Positions 22,673 to 42,857 of a stretch of DNA of 64,000 bases are shown here, piece after piece. Below the pieces are notes generated by a model that saw only the letters and a list, made by a program, of their open reading frames with translations, made no database searches and was not told the origin of the DNA. Made by a program: the position numbers and the translations under genes. The DNA is taken from NCBI RefSeq assembly GCF_009914755.1, contig NC_060925.1; one strand, 5' to 3'. Numbering within the stretch: the stretch's first letter is position 1; each line of letters starts with the position of its first letter. Source of the DNA: the human T2T-CHM13v2.0 reference genome, Homo sapiens.

Positions 22673-23986
22673 CGCTGTTATATTTTTAATTTTTTTTTTC
22701 AGGAGGGTACTGAGTCTAATGAGGCTGCAGGGCCATGAAACCCTGCACGCTTCCTACCCATGCCTCCATTTTTTTTTTTTTTTTTTTTTTTGAGACAGAG
22801 TCTTGCTCTGTTGCCCAAGCTGGAGTGCAGTGGCATGATCTCAACTCACCACAATCTCTGCACCTCCCAGGTTCAAGTGATTCTCCTGCCTCAGCTTCTC
22901 GAGTAGATGGGATTACAGGTGCCTGACACCATGCCCGGCTAATTTTTGTATTTTTAGTAAAGACAGGGTTTTGTCATGTTGGCCAGGCCGGCCTCGACTC
23001 CCAACTTCAGGTGATCCACCCACCTCGGCCTCCCAAAGTGCTAGGATTAAAGGTGTGAGCCACTGCGCCAGGCCCCAAGCCTACATTTTTAAGTGAGGTA
23101 GTCAAGCAGGCCTCACCGAGAAGGGGCCATTTAAGCAAAGCCTTGAAGGAAGCAAGGGAGTGAGCCATGTTGCTATCCAGGAAGAAAGTAACTCAGGCAG
23201 AGGGAAGAGGCAGTTCTACCCATAGGTGTTTGGGAGGAGTAAATGACGTGAAGTTCCCCTTGCAGTAAGTGGTCAGCAAATATTGAGTGGCCACCTCTGT
23301 CCCTCCCCTTACAGAGCTGTCAGGATCCAGGTGACATCTAAGAGCACCTTCTAGCTCCAGTGACAATGACCACTCTGGCTTCTGAGGGTCTCTGGAACAC
23401 TGTGTTCATGGACGCCATCCACCCTCAGGAGTACCCTCCCTAGCTGAGCACAGCCTGAGCCCAGGGAACAGTCATTGCTGCTGGGGCTTCAACATGCATA
23501 GGGAGCACAGAGGCCTCAAAGAGGAAGCCAGAAACAGCAAGGCGGAGGCCCTCACCTTCCACTGGAGGCCTCTTGGGTCATTCCCCCAAGACAGCCCTGT
23601 CCCAGCGCTTAGGAGGCTGTGCCTGGAGGGGCTTGGGCAAGGGTACAGCCACATGGTGGAGTGGGAGGAGAGAAGGAAAGGGACCCATGCTTACTAAGGC
23701 AGATCTGGCTTTGAATATTATTATGCCACTTAGTAGCTCTTTTACCTTTATAAATCTCTGAACCCTTCTGAGACTCGATTTCCCTATCTGTAAAATGGGC
23801 ATGAAATGTTCTATTCTGTGGGGTGGTTGTGAGGACTCAATGACATAAGATAGGTGAAAGTGGCAAGCAAATAGCTGGGTCCCCCTTCCTTCTGTACCAG
23901 GTACCTGAGAGGCAGCCACTATGTCTTATTCAGTCAGCTTGGGTCCTTATTTATTTTATTCATTTCTTTTTTTCCCTTCTTTTTTA

Positions 23987-24045
23987 AGGGGCTTTCTGGC
24001 AAAAACTGAAAAGCCTGCTAGACAAATTCTAAAAGAGCTGTAACA
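23987..24045 (-). pseudogene. RNU7-29P: U7 snRNA retropseudogene
   Basis: Reverse complement TGTTACAGCTCTTTTAGAATTTGTCTAGCAGGCTTTTCAGTTTTTGCCAGAAAGCCCCT plus A-tail. 14-bp TSD TTTTATTCATTTCT at 23954-23967 and 24050-24063. The number is recalled. Confidence 0.93.
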
Positions 24046-24188
24046 TTTGTTTTATTCATTTCTGTCGGGATAAAACCACCCATGTTTCAGGGAGTATGAG
24101 GTTTCAGTGAGATAACAGATCAAAATTGTGCTTAGCATAGTTACTGGACCAAAATAGGCACTCCATAGGTGTTTGTTGGGTACCTAAA

Positions 24189-24310
24189 GGGATGGAGGGA
24201 TGGATGGATGGATGGATGGATGGATGGTTAGAGGGATAGATAGATGGATAGAGGGATGGTGGGATGGAGGGATGGATAGGTGGATAGACAGATGGGTATG
24301 TGGGAGGATG
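24189..24310. repeat. (GGAT)n/(GATA)n degenerate microsatellite
   Basis: Direct read. Confidence 0.9.
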
Positions 24311-25275
24311 GCTTGCTGGTAGGATATCAAAGGGAATAGGACTTTTTATACAGAAATACCAAGTCTGCACAAAAACCAGGTGCTTTACAAGAAGGTCTTA
24401 TATCTCTTTGTGGCCTTAGGTCTTGAGCACATATATAACACAGATGAGTAAAAACAGGCATAAATGTATCCAGGTCTAGTCAACTGTGACCTCCACTTAC
24501 CACTCTTGGGTCTATGACTCATCTCAACGAGGCCAGATCTTACATAAGCAAGCATTCTCCAACTGAGATCACTGGTGGTTCCCTGAGGCAAAAGCTGAGA
24601 TCAGGGGCAAATGCAAGGTGAGGCTTTCCTGATACACAGGATGCCTTGGAAATTCTAATCAGTGATGTTTCATCAAAAGAATTACAACTCAGCTTTTCCC
24701 ATAATTCCTGTCACCGTTGCAAGAATGGAGAGATGCAGGTGAACAGCCAGCCCTGCATCCGCTGCAGCTCCACACTGTGTAACTTCTGCAATCACTTAGT
24801 CTCTCTGAGCCCCACGATCTCCTTAGTAAGATGAAGGGGTTGAACCCTCCCAGCTCCAAGATGTTCTGATTCTCTGAAAACTCCCTACATCTTCCTTTAA
24901 AATATGGACCTAGAACTTTGGAAGAACATGTATTACATTTCTTTTCCATCTATCTCTATAGAGTCTTCTCAAAACCTTTTAAAATATTTGCATGTATCTG
25001 TCAACATGTCTGTTTATGCTAAACCCTGGGGAAGCTGTACACTTTGGAGACAGACAGATCTCAATTCCAGGCTATATGTGAGAAACTGGAGACAGATTAT
25101 TTAGATCCGGTTCCTGCCCCCCAGGATAGGAAAGACAGGCATTGAAAGGAATTAATTTCAATGGTCACAGTAATTAAGGTATACAAATGTTGGACCCTCC
25201 CAGTCCCAAAATGCTGCCTGGAGGAATTCAGAAGGCTACCTATTGGAGTATTCTGGGATATGTCAAAAAGAAGAG

Positions 25276-25374
25276 GGGAGCTGCGGCAGCTCAGGCCGGT
25301 CGTCCTGGCCCTCGGGGAGGCGAGGCTACACGTTTGAGGCCAAGCCTGGTCAACACTGACAAAAAAAAAAAAAA
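25276..25374 (+). pseudogene. snaR-family (CAS/ASR-like) small RNA retrocopy
   Basis: GGAGC..GCTCAGGCCGGT..GCCCTCGGG..GAGGCG..GTTTGAGGCCAAGCCTGGTCAACA + A14 matches snaR blocks in order. TSD AAAAAGAAGAG at 25265-25275 and 25599-25609. Confidence 0.75.
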
Positions 25375-25376
25375 TT

Positions 25377-25598
25377 GGCCAGGCGGTGAAACCCCGTCTC
25401 TACTAAAAATACAAAAAAATTAGCCAGGCATGGTGATGGGCCTGTAATCTCAGCTACTCGGGAGGCTGAGGCAGGAGAATGGCATGAACCCAGGAGGTGG
25501 AGCTTGCAGTGAGCCAGGCTGGCGTCACTGCACTCCAGCCTGGGTGACAGATCGAGACTCCATCTCAAAACATAATAATAATAAAACAAAATAAAATA
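25377..25598 (+). mobile_element. AluY with internal left-arm deletion
   Basis: GGCCAGGC joined directly to GGTGAAACCCC. The right arm has the AluY-type GAATGGCATGAACC...GGAGCTTGCAGT. Confidence 0.85.
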
Positions 25599-25612
25599 AA
25601 AAAGAAGAGAAG

Positions 25613-25781
25613 GGCTGGGTACAGTGACCCATTCCCGTAGTCCCTGCTACTGGGGAGGCTGAGGTAGGAGGATCACTTGAAGCCAGAAGTTCGATCCTGT
25701 AGTGTGCAATAGGCATGCCGGTAAACAGCCATTGCGTGCCAGCCTGGGCAATATAGCAAGACCCCACCTCCAGGAAAAAAA
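25613..25781 (+). mobile_element. FAM (fossil Alu monomer)
   Basis: Monomer retaining the 7SL-derived GTAAACAGCCATTGC segment (consensus GTGAATAGCCACTGC), which dimeric Alu lacks. Confidence 0.75.
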
Positions 25782-26169
25782 GTTTAGAAAAAAACAGAAA
25801 AGACAGAGGATACAGGAGGAGTAAAGGTGGCTGTACTGGGGTGGTGAGGAGATCAACAAGGCTGGAGCATGGGCTACAACCTAATATACTCCTCCCATCC
25901 CCCTGATCCCCATGAGCGCATGGTCTATGTGTTGGGGCAACATCCTGGGAGAAGCAAGGAGGTAATCACAAGTCACTGTCTCAGAACTGTCAGTTACTCT
26001 TGTTTTTTTTCCAATTAGAGACAGGGTCTCGCTATGTTGCCCAGGCTGGTCTCAAACTCCTGAGCTCAAGCAATCCTCCTGCCTTGGCCTCTCAAAGTGC
26101 TGGGATTGCAGGCATGGGCCCAGAGTTATTCTTTATTGAGACCCTGTGCACTTTATACCCATCAAAGTA

Positions 26170-27101
<932 letters not shown>

Positions 27102-28310
27102 GGAGTTAGCACAGAAGCACTTTCCTCATTCAGAGCTCTTTTGGCTGCGAGAAACAGACACCCAATCAAATCAGCTTCAGCAAAATGAGAGAATGTATCC
27201 TGACAAGGGACGCTCACAGGGCCTAAAGGAAGAGTGCTGGGCCCCTGGAGGACTGAGGGAAGCCGGCAGGTCCCTGGAGGCGGTGCCCGGCTGCTCTCCA
27301 GGCGCCTGTGATTCCTCTGGTCCCTGCCTTGCTATGCGTATCTTCCCTCTGAGCAGAGCCATTTTCTCTACCACATTCATGCAGGTGCCCATCCCCCGCA
27401 ACACACACAGACAAACACACACACATGGACACAGTCACAGCTCCAGGGTTTCTATGTGTTCAGGTAAGGGACCTGCAAAGCCTGAACAGCCTCCCTAAAT
27501 CTAGATGCCCACCTCTCATCCTTTCAGCTCCCATCAGAGGATCAAGGGGCCCAAATTCGCAGAAAAGGGGAGGGTCTAAGATGAGCAGTCACCCTGCCAA
27601 GAGGTGTCTGCCTCAACATTAGTGGCGTATAACAATCCCATGAGGTAGCTTTAACCTCATAGGTAATGACCCTAAGAGGTAGGAAATTCAGTGCCTGGTC
27701 CCTCAGCAGGAAATGACACAGCCAAGACTTGAACCAGGCTTGTGTGATGCTGCACTAGCCACCGGGTCATCCCATCAGCCAAGTCCAGCCCACAGCTACC
27801 ATCCCAGACTCCAGCAGGTTACAGGTCCATCGAGAGGCATTTCTCAAAATCAGCAATCCGGTGTTTGCCCGGTACACAGGAAATGAGTATCCCAGCTTCA
27901 CAGGGACACTGACTGGAAGGAAGGAAGACTTCTCTGAAGGAGCACAGAGCTCTAGAAACCAGAGAAGTTTCCTCTGAGCCCCTTGGGTCTGAGGCTGCCA
28001 GGTTCACACTGCAGATACTTGTCTCAGGGCAGGAGAGGAGGCTCATTTGCATATACTTGCCAAAAATCACAAGCAGACATCTAGAGATCCCCAGGAGAAG
28101 CTGACACCTGGCTGACACCTGCTGACAGTAACTGCTCCTCCCACCTCCTGGAAGCTATGTTAGGAGGACCCTCCCAGAGGGCAAGGGAGGAGAGAACTGA
28201 CAGACCCTTCTACCCAGGGGCCTCATGTACTTCCCAGCCCATGTGCCTGTTCGTATGGAAGCCCCTGGACATCGGGGTGTCCTGGCCTGGACAGCTCCAA
28301 TTTTGCCTTT

Positions 28311-28718
28311 TTTGTTTGTTTGTTTGTTTTTGACACAGAGTCTCACTCTGTCGCCCAGGCTGGAGAGCAGTGGCGTGATCTCGGCTCACTGCAAGCTCCG
28401 CCTCCTCCCAGTAGCTACAGCCTATGGGACTACAGGCATGCGCCACCACGCCAGGCTAATTTTTTTGTATTTTTAGTAGAGACGGGGTTTTACCATATTG
28501 GTCAGGCTGGTCTCAAACTCCTAACTTCAAATGATCGGCCCACCTCAGCCTCCCAAAGTACTGGGATTACAGGCATGAGCCATATTTTTGTATTCTTAGT
28601 GGAGATGGCGTTTCACCACGTTGGCCAGGCTGGTCTCGAACTCCGGACCTCAGGTGATCTGCCTGCCTTGGCCTCCCAAAGTGCTGGGATTATAGGCATG
28701 AGCCACTGAGCCCAGCCC
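28311..28718 (-). mobile_element. Alu with an extra left arm, in PTAFR 3'UTR
   Basis: One right arm plus two consecutive left arms (junction ~28582). Confidence 0.85.
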
Positions 28719-29156
28719 CAATTTTGCTTTCAAGGGGCCTTTGCCCACCCTCAGTGGGTGGCTGCCCCACAGAAGGTACTTAATTAGGGACTATTGTTGA
28801 GACAGAAAGAGGAGGTGGGCATCTCCTTCCCACTCCCCCAGAGCTGACTGGACTAGAGGCAAGGCCTTTGCAGACAGACACGTCTGTCTTGGGAAGCAAG
28901 CTCTTGTCCTAGCTTTTGGTCTGTTCATGTTTTATCTTCTTTGGTCACCATTAGGGACAGGTTGCCAGATGAGTCAGAGAAGGTTCCATCAAGCCCCTTC
29001 CCCTGAGAAAGGTCACAAAGACCTTGTGCCGGAGGGTGGAGAGAGGATGGCAACATCTTAGCTCAAAAGTCTGCCCCAAGGTAGTGCCATACAGTGAGGG
29101 CAGTGTCCTTTCCTAACCCAGTCTACCTCTATCACTTGAGAGTAGTTGCCCAAAGC

Positions 29157-29458
<302 letters not shown>

Positions 29459-29823
29459 ACTCCCCCAAAGCTTTAGACCGATGCCCCATCGGGGAGAACT
29501 AGGTGGTTTAAAGTCTTCCCCCAAGGTCTGCACCTGGCCCTGACATTCCTTCCGGCCCCATAAGATTAAGGGACTCAGGATAAAGTCATCAGTCACAGTT
29601 ACTGTAGTATGCGCCCACAGGCGGATGAAGGGGCTCATTTGAGTTCTGGATTTTCCAACAGCCTGGCTCTGCCATCATCCCTGCCCAGGTGAGGTAGCCT
29701 CCAAATCTAATGGCCCACCAGTGCCCACAGAGGTGGTGCCCAGACCACAGTAGATATCCCTTCTTCCCCCAGCTCAGTCCATGATGTTCATGGAGGAGAA
29801 GACTTCAGGCCTGGAAGCAGGGA

Positions 29824-31705
<1,882 letters not shown>

Positions 31706-31744
31706 CTTTTTTCTCTTCTTTTCTTTGTTTTTTGCTTTTTATAG

Positions 31745-31891
<147 letters not shown>

Positions 31892-32068
31892 TAATTTTTG
31901 TATTTTTTGTAGGGAAGGGGTTTTGCTATGTTGCCCATGCTGTTCTCGAACTCCTGAGCTCAAGGAATCTGCCAGCCTTGGCCTCCCAAAGTGCTGGGAT
32001 TACAGGCGAGAGCCACCACCCCTGACCATGCAGTGTTTTTTCCTACATAAAATAATGGTGTGTTTTTA

Positions 32069-32284
<216 letters not shown>

Positions 32285-32323
32285 TCAGCTGGGTGTGGTG
32301 TTGTATGCCTGTAGTCCCAGCTA

Positions 32324-32758
<435 letters not shown>

Positions 32759-33501
32759 TTACTTTATACTTTTATGTGTTTGTTTGAATCTTTAAAGGGC
32801 ATTTATTATCTTAATAATTTAAAATTTTGAAAATACAATGTAAGGACATGCACAGTGGCTCATGCCTGTAATCCCAGCATTTGGGAGGCCAAGGTGGGAG
32901 GACCGAGTGAGCCCAGGAGTTCAAGACCAGTCTGGGCAACACAGTGAGACTCCCGTCTCTAGTAAAATAAAAAATGAAACAATTAGCCAGGCATAGTGGT
33001 GCACGCCTGTAGTCTCAGCTACTCAGGGTACTGAGGCAGAAGGATCGCTTGACCAGCCTAGACAACATAGTGAGACACCATTTCGAACAAAACAAAACAG
33101 TTGCTCCCTTCCCTCTTGTTCCTCCCACTATTGCTGTCATTGCAAGCTCCTAGGAGCTGCCCTGTTATTTACATTGCAGTGGGCATGACTCAGGGAAGCA
33201 GCAGGCAGGGAGGAGGATGGGAAGCAAGAACCCAGCTGGGGCTAAGCAAGGTCCAGCTCATAATATCTAATAGTGTAGTAAAAAGAGCGCAGTAGGCCAG
33301 GCGTGGTGGCTCACGCCTGTAATCCCAACACTTTGGGAGGCCAAGGCAGACAGATCCTTGAGTCCAGGAGTTTGAGACCAGGCTGGGCAACATGGTGAAA
33401 CCCTGTCTCTACAAAAAAAAAAAAAAAAAAAAAATACAGGCTAGGCGCGGTGGCTCACACCTGTAATCCCAGCACTTTGGGAGGCCGAAGCAGGCACATC
33501 A

Positions 33502-33711
<210 letters not shown>

Positions 33712-34335
33712 CTATCTCAAAAAAAAGAAAAAAAATTAGCAAGGCGTGGTGGTGCTTGCCTGTAGTCCTAGCTACTTGGGAGGCTGAAGTGGGAGGATCG
33801 CTGGAGCCCGGGAGGCAGAGGTTGCAGTGAGCGGAGATTGTGCCACTGACATTCCAGCCTAGATGATGGGGTGAGACCTTGTCTCAGAAAATGGGATGAG
33901 ACCTTGTCTCAGAAAAAAAAAAAAAAAAAAAAAAAAAGGGAGTGAGACACAAGGAAGACAACACTTGGAGCACCTTCTTTGGAGCCAGGTACCCTGCTAG
34001 GTGCTTCCACGTGTACTACCTCATTTGAGTCTCACACAAACACTTTGCCATAGGAAGTAAGATCCCATGCTACAGAATAGGAAGCTGACTACGGGGTGGT
34101 TATATGACTTGTGCAAGGTCACACGGCTATTAAGGAATGGTGCCAGGATCTCAGATCCAGCTCTGTTCTTTCACACATCCATCCAACAAATATTTCTGAG
34201 CACCAACTGCAGGTAAGGCACACAGCTAAGCACAGGAGCTATAGGGCGAACACCCAGCAAGGGGGCCCTGACCTCAGAGAACTTACATCTCTCGGGGTAG
34301 ACAGACAAAAGCAATTTAAACAAACACCGTTGTTA

Positions 34336-34732
<397 letters not shown>

Positions 34733-34904
34733 TCAGTTGAGGCCTGAAGGAGGAACAAGAGCAGAACATTCCAGGCAGAGAACTCTGCATGGGTCCAAAA
34801 GTGCGGCAAGAGCTTGGTGGTTTCCAGGAACGGAAATAAGCTTATCAGATGGCCCTTGCCCTGACCTCCAGCTGCCACTCCACCCTCACCTCGTGCCACC
34901 TTAG

Positions 34905-35169
<265 letters not shown>

Positions 35170-35719
35170 TAGCTGGGATTACAGGTGTGTGCCATCACAC
35201 CCGGCTAATTTTTGTATTTTTAGTAGAGACGGCGTTTCACCATGTTGGTCAGGCTGATCTCGAACTCCTGACCTCATGATCCGCCACCTCGGCCTCCCAA
35301 AGTGCTGGGATTACAGGCGTGAGCCATCTCGCCTGGCTCCACTCCCCACTTTCACCTGGCCAAGTGCAACTCATGCTTCAGACCTCAGCTGAATTTCACT
35401 GCTTTAGGGAGGTCTTCAATGGACTTGGCTCACGGCTGTAATCTCAACACTCTGGGAGGCCAAGGCAGGCAGATTGCTGGAGCCCAGGGGTTTGAGACCA
35501 GCCTGGTCAACATGGCAAAATCCCCTCTCTACAAAAGAAAAAATTTAAATTAGCAAGGCATGGTGGTGCACTCCTGTAGTCCCAGCTACTCAGGAGGCCA
35601 AGGTGGAAGGATCAATTGAGCCTGGAAGGTCAAGGCTGCAGAGAGCTGTGACTTCACTACTGCACTCCAGCCTGGGCAACACAGCAAGACCCTGTCTCAA
35701 AAAGTAAAACAACGAAAAA

Positions 35720-36552
<833 letters not shown>

Positions 36553-36876
36553 TCCACAATCTCAGCACCCCTGCCCTTCCTTGGATCCCAAGATGCCCAG
36601 TTCATCCAGGACCGGCCTTGTTTCTCTCTCAGGCTATACTGGTTATACCTTCTTGCCTTGGGGGTCCTGTTTCCAGGGCATGGAGGCATATTTGGCCTGT
36701 GTGGTGGCTGGGGGCAGCTCACAGCTGGGCAGGGCATGGTGCTCATTCTGGGTCTTGGGGGCAGTCAGGTCCGCACCTCCCTGCTACCCCCGCCCCCTTG
36801 CCCATCACAAAATGCCTTCCTCTTCCTGGGTTCCTGCACCCTGCCTGCCCACGCCTATTGAGAAAGCCTTTCCGCC

Positions 36877-37697
<821 letters not shown>

Positions 37698-38267
37698 TGA
37701 TCTGCCCGCCTCGGCCTCCCAAAGTGCTGGGATTACAGGCATTAGCCACCACGCCTGGCAATTTTGAGTTTTTAAAAAAACCTTCTCACCATGTGAACAG
37801 AACACACACACAGACTAGCCCAATTCACTCATTCAGTTGCTCATTCATGCATTCGTTGGACAAGCACTCACAGCTCCCGGAGCTGAGCAGTGCCCTGAGG
37901 CCTCAGAGAACAGACCCAGCCCTTGAGCAGCTCACAGGCCATTTTGCAAGAGAGAGATTCAGAAATAGATAAGCGGGCGGTGCTATGATGATGGATGTAT
38001 CAGGTGTAACGCGGTTTCAGAGAAGCTGCCCCTACCCAGACTTGAGGGTGAGGAGAGACCTCCTGCCTATGCTGAAGGAGTTAATTTGATAGTGCGAGGA
38101 GAGAGGAATAACAGGCACAGGGGACTGCGGGACAGAGGCCTGGAAGAATAGGCAAAGGCGTACTTCATTCTAAAGGAACGTGAGACATTTGGTTTGGCCA
38201 AAACTTTAAGGAGTTGAGAAGAGACAGGGCTTTAAAAATAAGCAACAGGGCCAGGCGCGGTGGCTCA

Positions 38268-38707
<440 letters not shown>

Positions 38708-39373
38708 TCAGACCAGAGTCAGGGAGACAGCAAAGAGACACGTGCAGTCGTCTGGAGGGCCTCAAGAGGACTGCACCAGGGCAGAGCCGATGGAGGGAAA
38801 TGGATGGTTGTGAGAGTTATTTGGGAAATCAGATGGACAGAATTTGGTAACGGATGGGATATTGGTTGAGAGAAAAGGAGGAAACAAAGAGAACTGCCAG
38901 GTGTCTGGGCCAGATGATTGAGGACATGGTGGTGTCTGTCTTCATGGAGAAGACACTGAGGAGGAACAGCATGAGGGCAGGGAGGATGAATTCATATGAG
39001 GACATATCCCATCTGGGATGCCTGTGAAACACCCAAAAGGACCAGGGTTAAACCCTGAAGAGCCCAACATCAAGGAAGAAGTCAGAGGAGGACAGACCTA
39101 TGGAGGCAGAGACAGGACAGTCAGAGACAAGGAGGGTTCCATGCTTGAGGCCTAAGGGAAGAAAGTTTCAAGAGCTTGGGAAGACATGGGCAACAGTGTG
39201 AAAAGCCACAGGGAGATGAATGACAATGCAGACAGAAAAGCAAACACTGGATGTGGAAACATGGAAATCAATCTCATGTGATCAGATCATGTGATCACAG
39301 GGAGAGCAGTTGCCCAGGCATGGGTTGAGGGGTGAGTGATAGGAGAGAAAGGGGAATGTCAAATCCTCACTCA

Positions 39374-39655
<282 letters not shown>

Positions 39656-41545
39656 TCAAAAAAAAAAAAAGAAGTTTGATTGAGCAACAAAATGCTGTGT
39701 GTGGACCTTGTTTGGATCCTGATTCAAATAAACCAACTGTAAAAAATATTTTCCAGACAATTGGGCTGGCTGTGGTGCTCATGCCTGGTCTCAGCACTTT
39801 GGGGAGGCCAAGGCGGAACAATTGCTTGAGCTCAGGAGTTTGAGATCAGCCTGGGCAATATAGCAAGACCTCATCACTCCTAAAAATTTTTAAAAGTTAG
39901 CTGGGTGTGGTGGTGCACACCTCTAGTCCCAGTTACTCAGGAAGCTGAGGCAGGAGGATTGCTTGAGCCCAGGAGTTCAAGGCTGCAGTGAGCTGTGATT
40001 ATGCCACTGCACTCCAGCCTGGGCAACAGAGCCTCAAGACCCTGTCACACACACACAAAAAAGAATTAAAAAAAAAAAAAAGACATTTGGGAAAACTCAA
40101 ACACAGATGGTATTAAAAAAATGTTTATTTATTTAGGTAGGATAATGATATGGTGGTTGTATTGTTAAATTCCTTAGCTATTAGATGTGCACTCCAACCT
40201 GGGCAACACAGCAAGGCTTCATCTCAAAAAAAAAAAAAAAATTCCAGGAAGACCAGGTGTGGTGGCTCATGCCTGTAATACCAGCACTTTGGGGAAACTG
40301 AGGAAGGAGGATGGGTCAGGAATTCAAGACCAGCCTGGGCAACATAGCAAGACCTCATCTCTACACCCATCCCCACCTTGCCTCCCCCCGCCACCCCCCA
40401 CACACACACGAGAATAAAATATTCCAGGAAAATTGTGCCTGCATGCTAATCTCTATTTCAAAGTTGGCTTCCCAGGAACCCAACCTAGGAGATTGTATAC
40501 TTGGGTCTATCTGACTTCAGAGCCTCCCCAGTCCACACAGGCCCCACAGGAGCCCCAGCAAGAGTAGGCCTCCTCCTTCCAGATACAGGACCAGAATCAG
40601 TAAGGGGAGTGCTGGTGGAGTCCCTGCTTGACTCAAACCCGTTGGTGCCACCAGTACCCGTCATCCTGGCTCTTCCTACTTCTGCTGCCTTCTGTTCAAT
40701 CCCAGGCTCCTGGCCCCCATGTGACTCCCACTCCCTTGGCCCCAACCCAAACTTGGTGCCTATCACTGTATCTTTGCATGAGTAGAACCCTTGAAATCAC
40801 CCAAAATGTAACCAGCTGATTCTCCTCTGGGCCTGAGAGCTTGCACTTTCATTACTTTATTCATGCTGTTTCCTCTGCCAAGAAATCCTCCCTTCCTTGT
40901 CATTGTCTGGATGTTTACTAGAACATTCTTTAAGATTGCTCAGACCTCATTTCCTCCAAGTAGCTCTTTCTAAGACTCCTGGCCTCCTGCACACCCAGCT
41001 CCACCCGCGGTCTGGTTAAGTGCCCATTCTTTGGACTTCCGTAGCTCATAGCTCTTTATCCCACTGAAATTGCCTCTATGTGACCTCTCTGCCAACCAGA
41101 GGCAGAGACAATGTCCATGCATTCACCTCACAGTTATTGACATCCTTCTGGGTGTTGGGCACTATGTTGGGGAGACTGCAGAAACAAAACAAAGTTCCTG
41201 CTCTCGAGGAGCTTACATTCTAGTTGGGGGAAACAGTCAAAAATAAGTGGAGCAACAAATAAGATAATTTCAAATTGTGATGAATTTAATGAAGGAAATA
41301 AAAATAGTAACATGAAGATAGGGTAGATGGCTTTTTTTTTATTTTTATTTTTTAATAAATAGAGACAAGGTCTCACTATGTTGCCCAGGTTGGTCTTGAA
41401 CTCCTGAGCTCAAGTGATCTGCCTGATTTAGTCTCCCAAAGTGCTAGGATTACAGGCATGAGCCACTGCACCCAGCTGGTGGCTGTTTTAAGTAGAATGA
41501 CCAGGAAAGGCTTCTTGGAGGAGGTGACATACAAACAAAACCACA

Positions 41546-41696
41546 GACAGCTTTACCATGAAGTCAATGAAGCTTAAGCTTTAAGGCCCTCTCCTAGGCC
41601 CTGTATCTAATTGTATATTTGTAATTTGGTATCTTCAAAGGGGGGCCCTTCAAATTGTATAAGCTTTAGTAACCTATAAAATCTGTGTCTACCCCT
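41546..41696. mobile_element. MER53-like MITE
   Basis: TTTACCATGAAG..AATGAAGCTTAAGCTT..AGGCCCT start and ...CCCCTG end. Confidence 0.5.
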
Positions 41697-42260
41697 GGCT
41701 GAACTCTAAAAAAGAAAAAAGGAACAAGTAAGAGGACGATCTGGATTATTCCAGCCAGAGAGTATCATGTGCAAAGGGCCTGTAATGGGAATAATTTCAT
41801 CATGTTCTGAAGTAGGAACAAGAAACTGAAAGGTTGGTGTGGCCCTAGGGGAGTGAGAAATGGGAAGAGTGGGATGTGATCAGAGGACACCTGGCTGCAG
41901 ATCACTCCTGAGCCATGGTAAGGAGTTGGGATTTTATTCTGTGAGCCTCGGAGAGCTGCTTCAGTGTCGCTAAGCAGGCAAGTAACATGATCGGACTCGC
42001 TCTAGCTGTCAGGTAGAGAATAGATGGTAGGGAGCAAGCGTGGAAACAGCAAGAGCATTTTGGAGGTCAGAGATGGTGGTGGCATGGACCAGAAAGTGGC
42101 ATTTTCAATTCCTCTCCCCGTCCCCTGTACTCAGGGAGCTTGGCTGGGGCAAAAGTTTGGTAAACATTTGTCAGGTGAACAAACACCCAGCAACCGACAG
42201 GATTGCCTACTCCCCAGACAGAGCAGCTGCCACACAAGGCAGAGTGAGCCCTCTACAAAC

Positions 42261-42857
<597 letters not shown>

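Noticed and set aside
25613-25781. 7SL RNA gene/pseudogene
   Set aside because: Lacks most of the S domain. Length and structure fit FAM.
33882-33917. Duplicated Alu terminus (ATGGG.TGAGACCTTGTCTCAGAAAA x2)
   Set aside because: Simple slippage duplication at an Alu tail, with no evident significance.
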